A stretch of DNA of 64,000 bases from Candidatus Zhuqueibacterota bacterium (GTDB taxonomy: Bacteria > Zhuqueibacterota > Zhuqueibacteria > Oceanimicrobiales > Oceanimicrobiaceae): positions 6,115 to 70,114 of the forward strand of contig JAJDAE010000193.1 in NCBI GenBank assembly GCA_029262035.1, written 5' to 3'. Of the stretch, positions 44,121-53,289 are shown in pieces (the stretch's first letter is position 1; each line of letters starts with the position of its first letter). Made by a program: the position numbers and the translations under genes. The notes beneath the pieces are model-generated. The model did no database searches. It was given only the letters and a program-made list of their open reading frames with translations, and had not been told where the DNA came from.

Positions 44121-45407
44121 GTGAATCTCAAAGAGAAATGTTCAAGGTCTTCAGGTCTTAGAATGATAGTCTTGCTGGTCGTTTTACTGATGGCTTTTGG
44201 AGCGACTGCCGATCTTGCTATGGCAAAAAAGAAGAAGAAAAAGAATGATGAAGAGCAGGTTGATCCCAAAATAGCCAAACAAAAACATATTGGTTTAATG
44301 AATAGATATTGGAGTTTTGGCTGGGAAAACTATAAAAACAAACAATACGCTGGTGCAAAAAAGTATTTTTGGAAGGTTGTTGAATTAGACTCTGTTCCTG
44401 AGTTTAGCAAGGGACTCAGATATCTTGCAAAATTGCATAGATACCTTGGTGACGCATATTTTAAATTAGAGAATGTTGATAGTGCCCAAATTGTTTTTGA
44501 ACTTGGAATTGAAAAGCACCCGGATGATGCTCATTTACGTAGAATGGTTGGTTTTATTCAATCCCAGCGTGAACAAATTCCGGAGGCAATTGAACAGTAT
44601 GAGAAAGCTGCTGAATTGGAGCCTGATAAGAAAGATGACTGGAAACGACTTGCTTCATTATATGTGAAAGATGACAGAATTCCAGATGCTATTGATGCGT
44701 ATAATAAAGTGCTGGAACTGGATCCGGACGATCTTGAGGCACAGCAGAACGTTTCAACTTTGGCCATTTCTGAAGGTGATATTGAGGGTGCTATCGAAAC
44801 AAAGAAAACACTTGCAGGTAAAGATCCTCAAAACAGCCAGGTACGTTTTGATTTAGGTAAAATGTATTTTGAGCAGCAGGAATTTAATGAATCAATTAGT
44901 TGGTTTAATCAATATTTGGTTTTGTCTGTAGATGATGTAAGTGCAATTGAATACATTGGCAATAGCTACCGTAATCTTGAGCAGTATAACTCGGCGCTAT
45001 CTCAGTATAAAAAAATTCTTGCCTTGCAACCTCAAAACAAAAAGATAATGTGTGAAATTAGCACTTCTTATAAAGAAATGGGGCGTTTTTCTAGTGCCAG
45101 ATCCTATGCAAACAAAGCCATTGCGGTTGATAAGAGTTTCGGTTTGGGCTGGATTGCGCTTGGCGAAGCCTATGAAGCTTCGGCTGAAAAATGCGTGGAT
45201 GCTAAAGATGGGAAATTGGAGTTCCGAGATAAGTTAGTTTATGACCTGGCATTGAAAAAGTTTCAACGAGCAATGAAGGATCCTGCCTATCGGGCAGATG
45301 CGGAAAGAAAAATAAGTTATGTTAAGCCCGTTGTACCTTCTGCAGATGACCTCTTTATGCACAAGGGTGAAAAAATTAGCGGCGAATGCTACACTTGGAT
45401 TAACTGA
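44121..45407 (+). CDS. Secreted TPR-repeat protein
   Basis: GTG start 8 nt after GGGAGG; signal-like MIVLLVVLLMAFGATADLAMA, KKKKKK tract, then repeated 34-aa A/Y/L patterns (...GDAYFKLENVDSAQIVFELGIEKHPDD...). Confidence 0.7.
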   Translation: MNLKEKCSRSSGLRMIVLLVVLLMAFGATADLAMAKKKKKKNDEEQVDPKIAKQKHIGLMNRYWSFGWENYKNKQYAGAKKYFWKVVELDSVPEFSKGLRYLAKLHRYLGDAYFKLENVDSAQIVFELGIEKHPDDAHLRRMVGFIQSQREQIPEAIEQYEKAAELEPDKKDDWKRLASLYVKDDRIPDAIDAYNKVLELDPDDLEAQQNVSTLAISEGDIEGAIETKKTLAGKDPQNSQVRFDLGKMYFEQQEFNESISWFNQYLVLSVDDVSAIEYIGNSYRNLEQYNSALSQYKKILALQPQNKKIMCEISTSYKEMGRFSSARSYANKAIAVDKSFGLGWIALGEAYEASAEKCVDAKDGKLEFRDKLVYDLALKKFQRAMKDPAYRADAERKISYVKPVVPSADDLFMHKGEKISGECYTWIN

Positions 45408-45438
45408 TTTTTAATACTTAATTGTACAGGCTGAACAA

Positions 45439-46722
45439 TTGAATCATTTGGAAAATACAGATCCGGAAATCTACAAAGCTGTAATATCTGAAACGAAACG
45501 ACAGAATGAAACACTTGAATTAATTGCATCGGAGAACTTTGTAAGTCAGGCTGTGCTGCAGGCGTGTGGTCAGGTAATGACAAACAAATACGCTGAAGGC
45601 TACCCCGGAAAGCGTTATTACGGTGGTTGTGAGTTTGTTGATATAGCCGAGGAGTTAGCGCGAGATAGAGCTAAAAAATTGTTTAATGCTGAATATGTGA
45701 ATGTTCAACCTCATTCAGGCTCCCAGGCAAATATTGCTGCCTATTTTTCTGTATTGAAACCGGGTGACAAGATACTAGGAATGGATTTATCTCACGGCGG
45801 CCATTTAACTCATGGTAGTCCTGTAAATTTTTCCGGCAGGGTCTTTGACGTTAGTTTCTACGGGGTTAGCAAAGAGACCGGTACGATAGACTTAAATGAA
45901 GTAGAGGATATTGCAGGTAAGGTCAAACCTAAATTGATTATTACTGGTGCGAGTGCATATTCTCGAAAAATTGACTATAAAGGGTTTCGCGAAATTGCAG
46001 ATAAGGTCGGCGCTTACCTGTTGTCAGATATCGCACATCCTGCTGGCTTAATTGCGACCGGACTGCTTCCATCTCCCGTACCGTACTGCCATTTTGTAAC
46101 GACGACTACGCACAAAACTTTGCGCGGCCCACGTGGTGGCATGGTAATTATTGGTAATGATGGAGAGAATGACGTTGGCGCTAAAACTCCAAAAGGGCGG
46201 GTGAAGTTCTGGTCAGAAATCGTCAATTCAAATGTTTTTCCCGGATTTCAGGGTGGTCCGCTAATGCATATTATCGCTGCTAAAGCAGTTGCTTTTAAGG
46301 AAGCGTTAGAACCTGAATTTAAAACTTACTCTGAACAAGTTATTCAAAATGCACAAGCTTTGGCAGAGAAACTTGTGGCTTTGGGATATAATATCGTCTC
46401 CGGCGGTACGGATAATCATTTGGTGTTACTCGATTTGCGGAATAAGGATCTAACCGGAAAAGCTGCCGAAGAGCGGTTAGAGGAAACTGGCATCACAGTG
46501 AATAAAAATATGGTGCCGTTTGATACGCAGAGTCCTTTTGTTACGAGTGGCATACGGATAGGTACACCTGCCTTAACCACGCGTGGTATGAAAGAACCGG
46601 AGATGCAAGTCATAGCAACTCTAATTGATACAATTTTGTCTGATATTAACAACGATAACAAGCTTAATTCTGTACAGAACGAAATCAAAGAACTTTGCTC
46701 ATTGTTTCCTCTCTATAACTGA
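45439..46722 (+). CDS. glyA: Serine hydroxymethyltransferase
   Basis: ...[19 protein letters not shown]...[15 protein letters not shown]..., PLP lysine block [15 protein letters not shown]; TTG start. Confidence 0.97.
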   Translation: MNHLENTDPEIYKAVISETKRQNETLELIASENFVSQAVLQACGQVMTNKYAEGYPGKRYYGGCEFVDIAEELARDRAKKLFNAEYVNVQPHSGSQANIAAYFSVLKPGDKILGMDLSHGGHLTHGSPVNFSGRVFDVSFYGVSKETGTIDLNEVEDIAGKVKPKLIITGASAYSRKIDYKGFREIADKVGAYLLSDIAHPAGLIATGLLPSPVPYCHFVTTTTHKTLRGPRGGMVIIGNDGENDVGAKTPKGRVKFWSEIVNSNVFPGFQGGPLMHIIAAKAVAFKEALEPEFKTYSEQVIQNAQALAEKLVALGYNIVSGGTDNHLVLLDLRNKDLTGKAAEERLEETGITVNKNMVPFDTQSPFVTSGIRIGTPALTTRGMKEPEMQVIATLIDTILSDINNDNKLNSVQNEIKELCSLFPLYN

Positions 46723-46733
46723 ATTTAATATAT

Positions 46734-47183
46734 ATGCGTTGTCCTTATTGTAAATTTGAAGATAGTAAAGTAATCGACTCTCGTTCCAGTGGTGAGGGCA
46801 CGGTTGTACGAAGACGACGGGAATGTCTTGAATGTGGGCGTCGTTTTACCACAAAAGAACATGTTGAGGAAAATCCGCTCATGGTAGTTAAATCGGATGG
46901 TCGCAGACAGGTTTATGATCATGATAAGCTGAAGTCCAGTTTAACCATTTCTTGCAAAAAACGTCCGATTCCAACTTCAAAGATTGAAGAAACTGTGATG
47001 TTAGTGGAAAGACAAATGCGTGATATGTCGCACGATGAAATTAAATCACGTGAGATCGGTGAATTGGTAATTAAACATCTACGGAAACTTGATGAAGTGG
47101 CCTACGTTAGATTTGCATCTGTTTATAGAAATTTTCAAGACAAAGAAGAGTTTATGAGTGAGATTAAGGGACTCAAAGAATAG
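46734..47183 (+). CDS. nrdR: Transcriptional repressor NrdR
   Basis: MRCPYCKFEDSKVIDSR...RRRRECLECGRRFTTKE zinc ribbon + ATP-cone. Confidence 0.96.
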   Translation: MRCPYCKFEDSKVIDSRSSGEGTVVRRRRECLECGRRFTTKEHVEENPLMVVKSDGRRQVYDHDKLKSSLTISCKKRPIPTSKIEETVMLVERQMRDMSHDEIKSREIGELVIKHLRKLDEVAYVRFASVYRNFQDKEEFMSEIKGLKE

Positions 47184-47217
47184 AATAGACAACTATTGAA
47201 ATATAGAAAATTTAGAA

Positions 47218-47260
47218 GCAGATAGCCTGGGCTAATTTAAAGTCACTATCTGCTTTTTAT
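47218..47260 (+). terminator. Rho-independent terminator after nrdR
   Basis: GCAGATAG (47218-47225), 20-nt loop, CTATCTGC (47246-47253), then TTTTTATTT. Confidence 0.6.
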
Positions 47261-47274
47261 TTGGGATACAGAAG

Positions 47275-48045
47275 TTGGAAACAATAAAAAATAAAATTGA
47301 TATGGAAATGCCTTTCCTGGAGCATCTGGAAGAATTAAGGTGGCGACTGGTTAAATCTATCGCCTCTATAGTTATTACAAGCATTGTGCTTTATTTTTTT
47401 TCAGACATTATATTAAAATTGCTGGTTGCACCTTTTAATGCCGCTGTTGAGAACCTGTCCAGGCCAGAGGAGCAAAAATTGATTTTCCTCACGCCAACCG
47501 GTGGTTTTATGATAAGGATAAAATTGGCGGTTTTTTGTGGATTTTTAATTTCTCTGCCAGTTATATTTTTTCAGATATGGCAGTTTATTATGCCGGGCTT
47601 GCTGGAAAAGGAAAAAAAATACGTTCCGGTAATTGTCTTTTTTTCAACCGTCTGTTTTATGGGAGGCGCGCTTTTTTGTTATAATATTGTGTTGAAATAT
47701 GGTTTGAGGTTTCTTATTGGCTTTGAAACGGAAGACCTGGTTGCTACAATTTCCGTGAATGAATACCTTCAATTTATAACTATGCTGATTATGGTTTTTG
47801 GATTGATTTTTGAGCTTCCGATACTTTCATTTTTTTTAACAAAAATTGGTTTAGTTACCCCTGCTTTTTTGAGAAATTATAGACGGCATGGCATTGTTAT
47901 TATGGTAGTATTGTCAGCTGTAATAACCCCGCCGGATATTTTTACTCAATTGTTGCTGGCAGCGCCACTTGTTTTATTGTATGAAATTAGCATTTGGGTT
48001 TCGCATTTTTCTTTAAAGAAAGCGAAATCTGAAATACAAAAATGA
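47275..48045 (+). CDS. tatC: Twin-arginine translocase subunit TatC
   Basis: ...MPFLEHLEELRWRLVKS... plus six hydrophobic segments; start uncertain (TTG 47275, ATG 47302 or 47308). Confidence 0.92.
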   Translation: METIKNKIDMEMPFLEHLEELRWRLVKSIASIVITSIVLYFFSDIILKLLVAPFNAAVENLSRPEEQKLIFLTPTGGFMIRIKLAVFCGFLISLPVIFFQIWQFIMPGLLEKEKKYVPVIVFFSTVCFMGGALFCYNIVLKYGLRFLIGFETEDLVATISVNEYLQFITMLIMVFGLIFELPILSFFLTKIGLVTPAFLRNYRRHGIVIMVVLSAVITPPDIFTQLLLAAPLVLLYEISIWVSHFSLKKAKSEIQK

Positions 48046-48100
48046 TAGATAATTAAGATGTGCATTAGGTCGGTCGAATAAAATTTAGGAGGTATGAGAT

Positions 48101-48655
48101 ATGGCCATTAAAGCAGATAAATGGATAAAAAAAATGGCTTTAGAAGAAGCTATGATCGAACCCTTTGTGGATACCCAAGTCCGAGACAATGTGATATCCT
48201 ATGGCTTATCCTCTTATGGATATGATATTAGAATTTCAAATGAATATAAAATTTTTACAAACCTTAATTCGACAACCGTTGACCCCAAATTGTTTGATCC
48301 CAAATCATTCGTAGATTTTGAAGGAGATGTTTGCATCGTTCCTCCTAATTCTTTTGCTTTGGGAAGAACAGTAGAATATTTTAGAGTGCCTCGAAATGTC
48401 ATGACAATCTGTGTGGGTAAATCTACCTACGCCCGATGCGGTATTATTACGAATGTGACGCCCCTTGAACCTGGTTGGGAAGGTTATGTTACTTTAGAAA
48501 TATCAAATACCACACCTTTACCGGCAAGAATATATTCAGGTGAGGGAATCGCTCAGATTTTATTTTTTGAAGGAGCCGAAGAGTGTATGGCATCCTATAG
48601 CGATAAAAAAGGTAAGTACCAGGGACAGACGGGTGTTACGTTACCGAAAGTGTAA
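48101..48655 (+). CDS. dcd: dCTP deaminase (housekeeping size)
   Basis: [28 protein letters not shown]...SSYGYDIR...; 184 aa; AGGAGG 8 nt upstream of ATG 48101. Confidence 0.92.
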   Translation: MAIKADKWIKKMALEEAMIEPFVDTQVRDNVISYGLSSYGYDIRISNEYKIFTNLNSTTVDPKLFDPKSFVDFEGDVCIVPPNSFALGRTVEYFRVPRNVMTICVGKSTYARCGIITNVTPLEPGWEGYVTLEISNTTPLPARIYSGEGIAQILFFEGAEECMASYSDKKGKYQGQTGVTLPKV

Positions 48656-48663
48656 ACCAATTT

Positions 48664-49503
48664 ATGAATTCTGAAGCTACTAAAGTCGATCTGCATTTAC
48701 ATACAAATCACTCAGACGGCTACCATTCTCCTGTTGAAGTGGTTGACAAGGCTATTTGGCGCGGGATAGAAACCATTGCTATAACAGATCACGACGAAGT
48801 GAGTGCACTTCCTTTAGCTATAGAATATGGCTCTACAAACGGTATCGAAGTTTTACCTGGAATCGAACTAAGTGTCCGTTACAAAGGACTTGATGTCCAT
48901 ATTTTGGCTTATTGCTTTGATTATGAAAATGAGGAATTTATTAAATATATAAATTTATTTAAAAAACAACGTTTGAAGCGTGCGCAGCAAATTGTCGATA
49001 AACTTACTGATTTAGAGGTACATATAGAATTTGATGAGGTTTTGGATATTGCTGGTTCCGGAACTGTGGGAAGACCACATATCGCTAATTTACTTGTAGC
49101 AAAAAAGCAGGTAAATAACTTCCAGGAGGCATTTGATAAATATTTAGGTGATGGTAAGCCGGCAAATGTTGAAAAATATAGCATCGATATACAAAACGCT
49201 GTTTCAATAATCGGTAGAGCTGGCGGTATCTGTTCAATTGCGCATCCTGGTATTAATCTTCAAAACTCTGATATTTTAGATTTGATAAAATTTGGTGTAC
49301 AGGGCTTGGAAGTAATTCACCCCCGGCATTCTCAGGAAAGAGTGCGGCAATACCGTAATGTCGTTGAAGAATATCAATTGGTTGAGACCGGTGGTTCGGA
49401 TTTTCATGGTGGGGAGAAAGGGGAAAATAATTTAGGTAATTATACCATCACCTACCAAAGCGTAAATGAGATAAAGAGACGAACAGGATTTGAAAGAAAA
49501 TAA
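48664..49503 (+). CDS. PHP-domain phosphoesterase (TrpH/YciV-like)
   Basis: VDLHLHTNHSDG, ...IAITDHD..., ...SIAHPG..., ...GGSDFHG... PHP metal-ligand motifs. Confidence 0.85.
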   Translation: MNSEATKVDLHLHTNHSDGYHSPVEVVDKAIWRGIETIAITDHDEVSALPLAIEYGSTNGIEVLPGIELSVRYKGLDVHILAYCFDYENEEFIKYINLFKKQRLKRAQQIVDKLTDLEVHIEFDEVLDIAGSGTVGRPHIANLLVAKKQVNNFQEAFDKYLGDGKPANVEKYSIDIQNAVSIIGRAGGICSIAHPGINLQNSDILDLIKFGVQGLEVIHPRHSQERVRQYRNVVEEYQLVETGGSDFHGGEKGENNLGNYTITYQSVNEIKRRTGFERK

Positions 49504-50131
49504 TTTAATAATAGAACGGCTCGAAGTAGGGGCTTTTGCAGAAAATTGTTATGTTGTTGGGTGCCCGTCAACGCTTGAAGGCGTTGTGTTTGATCCAGGT
49601 GATGAAGTTGAGCGAATTATAAAAAAAGTTGATGAGCTCAATTTGAAAATTAAATACATTTTGCTTACACATGGACATATAGATCATGTAAAAGAGTTGG
49701 TTGCATTTAAGAAAGGTATTGACGTTCCCGTATTTATGCATCACGAAGATCAATTTCTCCTTGATAATTTGCCAATGCAGGCGGCTGCATTTGGCTTGAG
49801 TCATGCAGGGATTCCCCAAATAGATAAATATATTACTGAATTGGATTCAATAGAATTTGGCGATCAAAAACTTCAGATATTGCATACGCCGGGACACTCA
49901 CCGGGGAGTGTTACATTTGTTACGGACGGAGTCGCTTTTGTTGGAGATGTTTTGTTTGCAGGCTCCATTGGTCGAACAGATTTACCTGGCGGTAATTTTG
50001 AAACTCTCATTAACTCAATTCAGAAGAAACTTTTTCCTCTAAACGATGAGACTATTCTTTACTCTGGGCACGGTCCGGCGACATCAATAATTAATGAAAA
50101 AAAGTTTAACCCATTTTTACAGAACCTTTAA
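49490..50131 (+). CDS. MBL-fold metallo-hydrolase (glyoxalase II-like)
   Basis: LLTHGHIDHV (HxHxDH), ...HTPGHSPGS..., ...GDVLFAGSIGRTD...HG...; TTG start overlapping the PHP gene by 14 nt. Confidence 0.85.
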   Translation: MKENNLIIERLEVGAFAENCYVVGCPSTLEGVVFDPGDEVERIIKKVDELNLKIKYILLTHGHIDHVKELVAFKKGIDVPVFMHHEDQFLLDNLPMQAAAFGLSHAGIPQIDKYITELDSIEFGDQKLQILHTPGHSPGSVTFVTDGVAFVGDVLFAGSIGRTDLPGGNFETLINSIQKKLFPLNDETILYSGHGPATSIINEKKFNPFLQNL

Positions 50132-50179
50132 TCCTTCCGCTAATCAAGGTTAGAAATCTTTAACAAGGAGCGTTAAACA

Positions 50180-50848
50180 ATGTCAAACTTAATTACTTTG
50201 GACGATGTAAAAAAGGATTCTCAAGTAGGGGCTTATATAAAACGTGCCGATGAGAATCTCGCTGTGGTAGGCTACACCGAGCATGGACCCAGGCATTGCG
50301 GACTTGTGGCGAAAGTTGCCCGTATGACATTGCTCGAACTAAATATTTCTGAACGCGAGGCAGAATTATCGGCAATCGCCGGCTACTTACACGATATTGG
50401 AAATGTATTTAACCGGCTCAATCACCCATATACAGGTGCTGTTTTAGCTCATACACTATTACGCGATATGGGAATGGACATTGATGAAATTACCACGATA
50501 GTTTCGGCTATTGGTAATCATGATGATGATGGGTGGGAACCGGTAAATAGAGTGTCGGCAGGACTGATTTTGGCTGACAAATCGGATGTTCACAGGTCTC
50601 GCGTCCGTAACCCTGATATGATTAAATTTGATATACATGATCGGGTTAACTATGCTGTTAACCACTCAAGGCTTGATGTTAACCGGGAGAAAGCTACAAT
50701 TACTCTGGCTTTAACAATTGATGTTAAAATTTCGTCTGTCATGGAGTATTTTGAAATATTTTTGAGTAGGATGTTATACTGTAAGCGTGCGGCCAATTTT
50801 TTAAAGACCCAGTTTAGCTTACATATAAATGATAATAACCTCCTGTAA
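50180..50848 (+). CDS. HD-domain phosphohydrolase
   Basis: ...HGPRHCG...YLHDIGN...GNHDDD...ADKSD... HD-superfamily metal ligands; AAGGAG RBS. Confidence 0.75.
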   Translation: MSNLITLDDVKKDSQVGAYIKRADENLAVVGYTEHGPRHCGLVAKVARMTLLELNISEREAELSAIAGYLHDIGNVFNRLNHPYTGAVLAHTLLRDMGMDIDEITTIVSAIGNHDDDGWEPVNRVSAGLILADKSDVHRSRVRNPDMIKFDIHDRVNYAVNHSRLDVNREKATITLALTIDVKISSVMEYFEIFLSRMLYCKRAANFLKTQFSLHINDNNLL

Positions 50849-50867
50849 TCTGCTTCCAAAAATTTAC

Positions 50868-50896
50868 TTGCAAATAACTATATTTTTGATTATTAT
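50868..50896 (+). promoter_or_regulatory. Sigma70-like promoter candidate upstream of the RNase G gene
   Basis: TTGCAA (50868-50873), 17-nt spacer, TATTAT (50891-50896); would give a ~105-nt 5' UTR. Confidence 0.4.
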
Positions 50897-51006
50897 TAAA
50901 GTCGTTTAGTCCGACGTGCGTGCTGTTCTTTGACATACTCTTTGGGATAGACTCAACATTTTCTGTACATAATGAAAATAGAGAGGAGTAGTGGTAATTT
51001 GTTGAT

Positions 51007-52527
51007 ATGAAAAAGGAAATAATTATTAATTCGTCTATTGGAGAGACAAGAATTGCCATTGTAGAAAATGGACAGTTAGTTGAGCTGTTTGTTGAACAAC
51101 CTGAACATGGAAGAATGGTTGGAGATATTTACTTAGGAAAGGTAGTTAATGTAGTACAGGGTATGCAGGCCGCATTTGTTGATATTGGTCACAAACAAGA
51201 TGCCTTTCTTCATTTTTCTGATATAGGCGACGAACTTGTCGAATATAAATCCCTCCTTAATCTGGGTGGAAAGAGTCAACCAAGAAAGAAAAGTGGTCAA
51301 AGACCAATTCCAAAAGAAGGCCAAGAAATATTGGTTCAAATAATAAAAGAGCCAATTAGTAAGAAAGGGGCAAGGATTACTACTGAATTGTCATTTCCAG
51401 GAAGATATATAGTACTTGTGCCTAATTCTGATACTGTAGGGGTCTCCAAAAAAATTTATCGATTAAAAGAAAAGCGTTTGTTAAAAAAAACGGTAAGTTC
51501 CATAAGGCCGGAAGGCTTTGGGATAATTGTTAGAACCGTAGCTGAAAATAAAGATGAAAGTCAATTAAAGAATGATCTTGACAATCTTCTAAAACAATGG
51601 AAAAAGATTGAAGGCAAATTAAAGAAAACAACGACGCCAGCGCTTATTTATAAAGATGTCACAATGGCATCCAGTGTAATTCGGGATTTATTTACTTCTG
51701 ATGTGAATAAAGTTATACTGGATTCAAAAAAACTTTTTAAACAAACTGTTAGTTATCTAAAGGATTTAAGTTCTCCATTAGCTGGTCGGGTTGAATATTA
51801 CAAAGGTAAGAAACCGATATTCGATTATTTTGGTATCGAAAGTGATTTTGAAAAAAGTCTTTCCAGAAAAGTTTGGACACCAAATGGTGGATATTTAATA
51901 TTTGATCACACGGAAGCATTAGTTGCTGTTGATGTTAATAGTGGCAAGTTTATTGGTAGGAAGCAACCAGAGCAAAATATTTTAAAAGTTAACCTTGAGG
52001 CATCAAGGGAAATTGCTCGCCAGTTACGTTTGCGAGATATGGGCGGGATTATAGTCATCGATTTTATCGATATGCTAGATCCAAAAAATAAGAAAAAATT
52101 GTATGATGAGTTTGCCAAAGAGTTGAAAAAAAGTAGGGCGCAAGTTAATTTGGCTCAAGTAAGTGAATTTGGTTTGATTGAATTGACCAGAGAGCGAGTA
52201 CGGCCAAGTTTATTGTATGCGTTTAGTGAGTCATGCCCAACCTGTGAAGGGTTGGGAAGAGTCATTTCAGAAAGTACTACTATAACGAAAATTGAAAGAT
52301 GGATCAAAAGGTTCAAAGCCGAACGAAAAGAGTGGTTTCTGAATTTAGTTGTGCATCCAAGTATTTCCGATTCTTTAAAAAAGGGTTTTGTGAGTAATAT
52401 AAAAAGACTTATGTGGAAATACCGGGTGAAAATTGACATTGTTATGGATGACTCTTTACGAAGAGATAAGTTTAAGGTGCTGCTGAAAAAAAGTGGTACC
52501 GATATTACAGAGCAGTTTTTAGTATAA
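51007..52527 (+). CDS. rng: Ribonuclease G/E family (Rng/CafA-like)
   Basis: S1 domain ...DIYLGKVVNVVQGMQAAFVDIG..., catalytic ...ALVAVDVNSGKF..., ...GGIIVIDFIDM..., zinc link CPTCEGLGRV; 506 aa. Confidence 0.93.
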   Translation: MKKEIIINSSIGETRIAIVENGQLVELFVEQPEHGRMVGDIYLGKVVNVVQGMQAAFVDIGHKQDAFLHFSDIGDELVEYKSLLNLGGKSQPRKKSGQRPIPKEGQEILVQIIKEPISKKGARITTELSFPGRYIVLVPNSDTVGVSKKIYRLKEKRLLKKTVSSIRPEGFGIIVRTVAENKDESQLKNDLDNLLKQWKKIEGKLKKTTTPALIYKDVTMASSVIRDLFTSDVNKVILDSKKLFKQTVSYLKDLSSPLAGRVEYYKGKKPIFDYFGIESDFEKSLSRKVWTPNGGYLIFDHTEALVAVDVNSGKFIGRKQPEQNILKVNLEASREIARQLRLRDMGGIIVIDFIDMLDPKNKKKLYDEFAKELKKSRAQVNLAQVSEFGLIELTRERVRPSLLYAFSESCPTCEGLGRVISESTTITKIERWIKRFKAERKEWFLNLVVHPSISDSLKKGFVSNIKRLMWKYRVKIDIVMDDSLRRDKFKVLLKKSGTDITEQFLV

Positions 52528-52576
52528 AAGTAAAATAAAGTTACAAACATTTTTGATTATTCAGGAGATCTTTTAA

Positions 52577-52939
52577 ATGTATGCAATTGTGGATATCGCC
52601 GGAAAGCAATTTAAAGTTAGTAAGGGCGACCAAATAAATGTTCCTAAACTGGATGGAAAAGCTGGTAAAGATGTTCAGCTTGATAAAATTTTATTGGTTT
52701 CTGATGGAAGTAAGGTTACAGTTGGTAATCCTTTGGTGAGTAACGCCTCTGTTAAAGCTAAGATTGAAGATTTTGGGCGCGAAAAAAAGGTGCTTATTTT
52801 CAAGAAAAAAAGACGTAAAGGCTATCAGGTAACCCGTGGTCATCGACAAGACTTTACAACTTTGACCATCAACACTATTTCTGTTGGCACAAAATCAAAA
52901 CCGAAAGCAAAAGCAGGAGAAAAGAAAGATGGCGCATAA
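52577..52939 (+). CDS. rplU: 50S ribosomal protein L21
   Basis: [25 protein letters not shown]...[18 protein letters not shown]... conserved bL21; basic C-terminal tail. Confidence 0.97.
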   Translation: MYAIVDIAGKQFKVSKGDQINVPKLDGKAGKDVQLDKILLVSDGSKVTVGNPLVSNASVKAKIEDFGREKKVLIFKKKRRKGYQVTRGHRQDFTTLTINTISVGTKSKPKAKAGEKKDGA

Positions 52940-53186
52940 AAAAGGTGTTGGAAGTTCAAAGAACGGGCGGGATAGTAACGCTCAATTTTTAGGTGTAAAA
53001 AGATTTTCCGGACAACTAGTTACTGCTGGTAGTATAATTGTGCGCCAAAGAGGCACCAAGATTCATCCTGGGGAGAATGTTGGCAAAGGTAGCGACGACT
53101 CTTTGTTTGCCTTAACCGAAGGGGTAGTAAAGTTTGAAAGAAAAGGCAAATACAAAAAGAAAGTAAGTGTTTATTCTGCGAATTAG
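52929..53186 (+). CDS. rpmA: 50S ribosomal protein L27
   Basis: [26 protein letters not shown]...[17 protein letters not shown]... conserved bL27; ATG 52929 overlaps the rplU end by 11 nt (ORF-track start 52884 rejected). Confidence 0.97.
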   Translation: MAHKKGVGSSKNGRDSNAQFLGVKRFSGQLVTAGSIIVRQRGTKIHPGENVGKGSDDSLFALTEGVVKFERKGKYKKKVSVYSAN

Positions 53187-53190
53187 TCTT

Positions 53191-53221
53191 AAGGCCAAAT
53201 TTTTTAATTTGGCCTTTTTTT
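53191..53221 (+). terminator. Rho-independent terminator after rpmA
   Basis: AAGGCCAAATT (53191-53201), 4-nt loop, AATTTGGCCTT (53206-53216), followed by a T-run to 53221. Confidence 0.8.
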
Positions 53222-53289
53222 ATACACCGGGCGTTCGCGATAAGCGAGGGTTAGGTGAATTTGGAAGAAATGTCTCCTCCTCTTTACGG

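Noticed and set aside
44221-44250. Purine-rich AAAAAAGAAGAAGAAAAAGAA tract in the TPR gene as a slippery or phase-variable site
   Set aside because: It is not a homopolymer or a perfect short tandem repeat. It simply encodes a KKKKKKN tract after the signal peptide.
48094-48111. Five-codon uORF (ATGAGATATGGCCATTAA) overlapping the dcd start
   Set aside because: AGGAGG is only 1 nt from that ATG but 8 nt from the dcd ATG, so the uORF is most likely incidental.
48101-48655. dCTP deaminase as a possible anti-phage nucleotide-depletion gene
   Set aside because: It is a 184-aa stand-alone enzyme with the housekeeping Dcd N-terminus and no extra N-terminal domain. It sits among core genes, so it is an ordinary dcd.
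52929-52939. 11-nt overlap of rplU and rpmA, and lack of an intervening ysxB-like protease gene
   Set aside because: L27 here starts [10 protein letters not shown] with no N-terminal propeptide, so no protease is expected. Overlaps of this kind are common.
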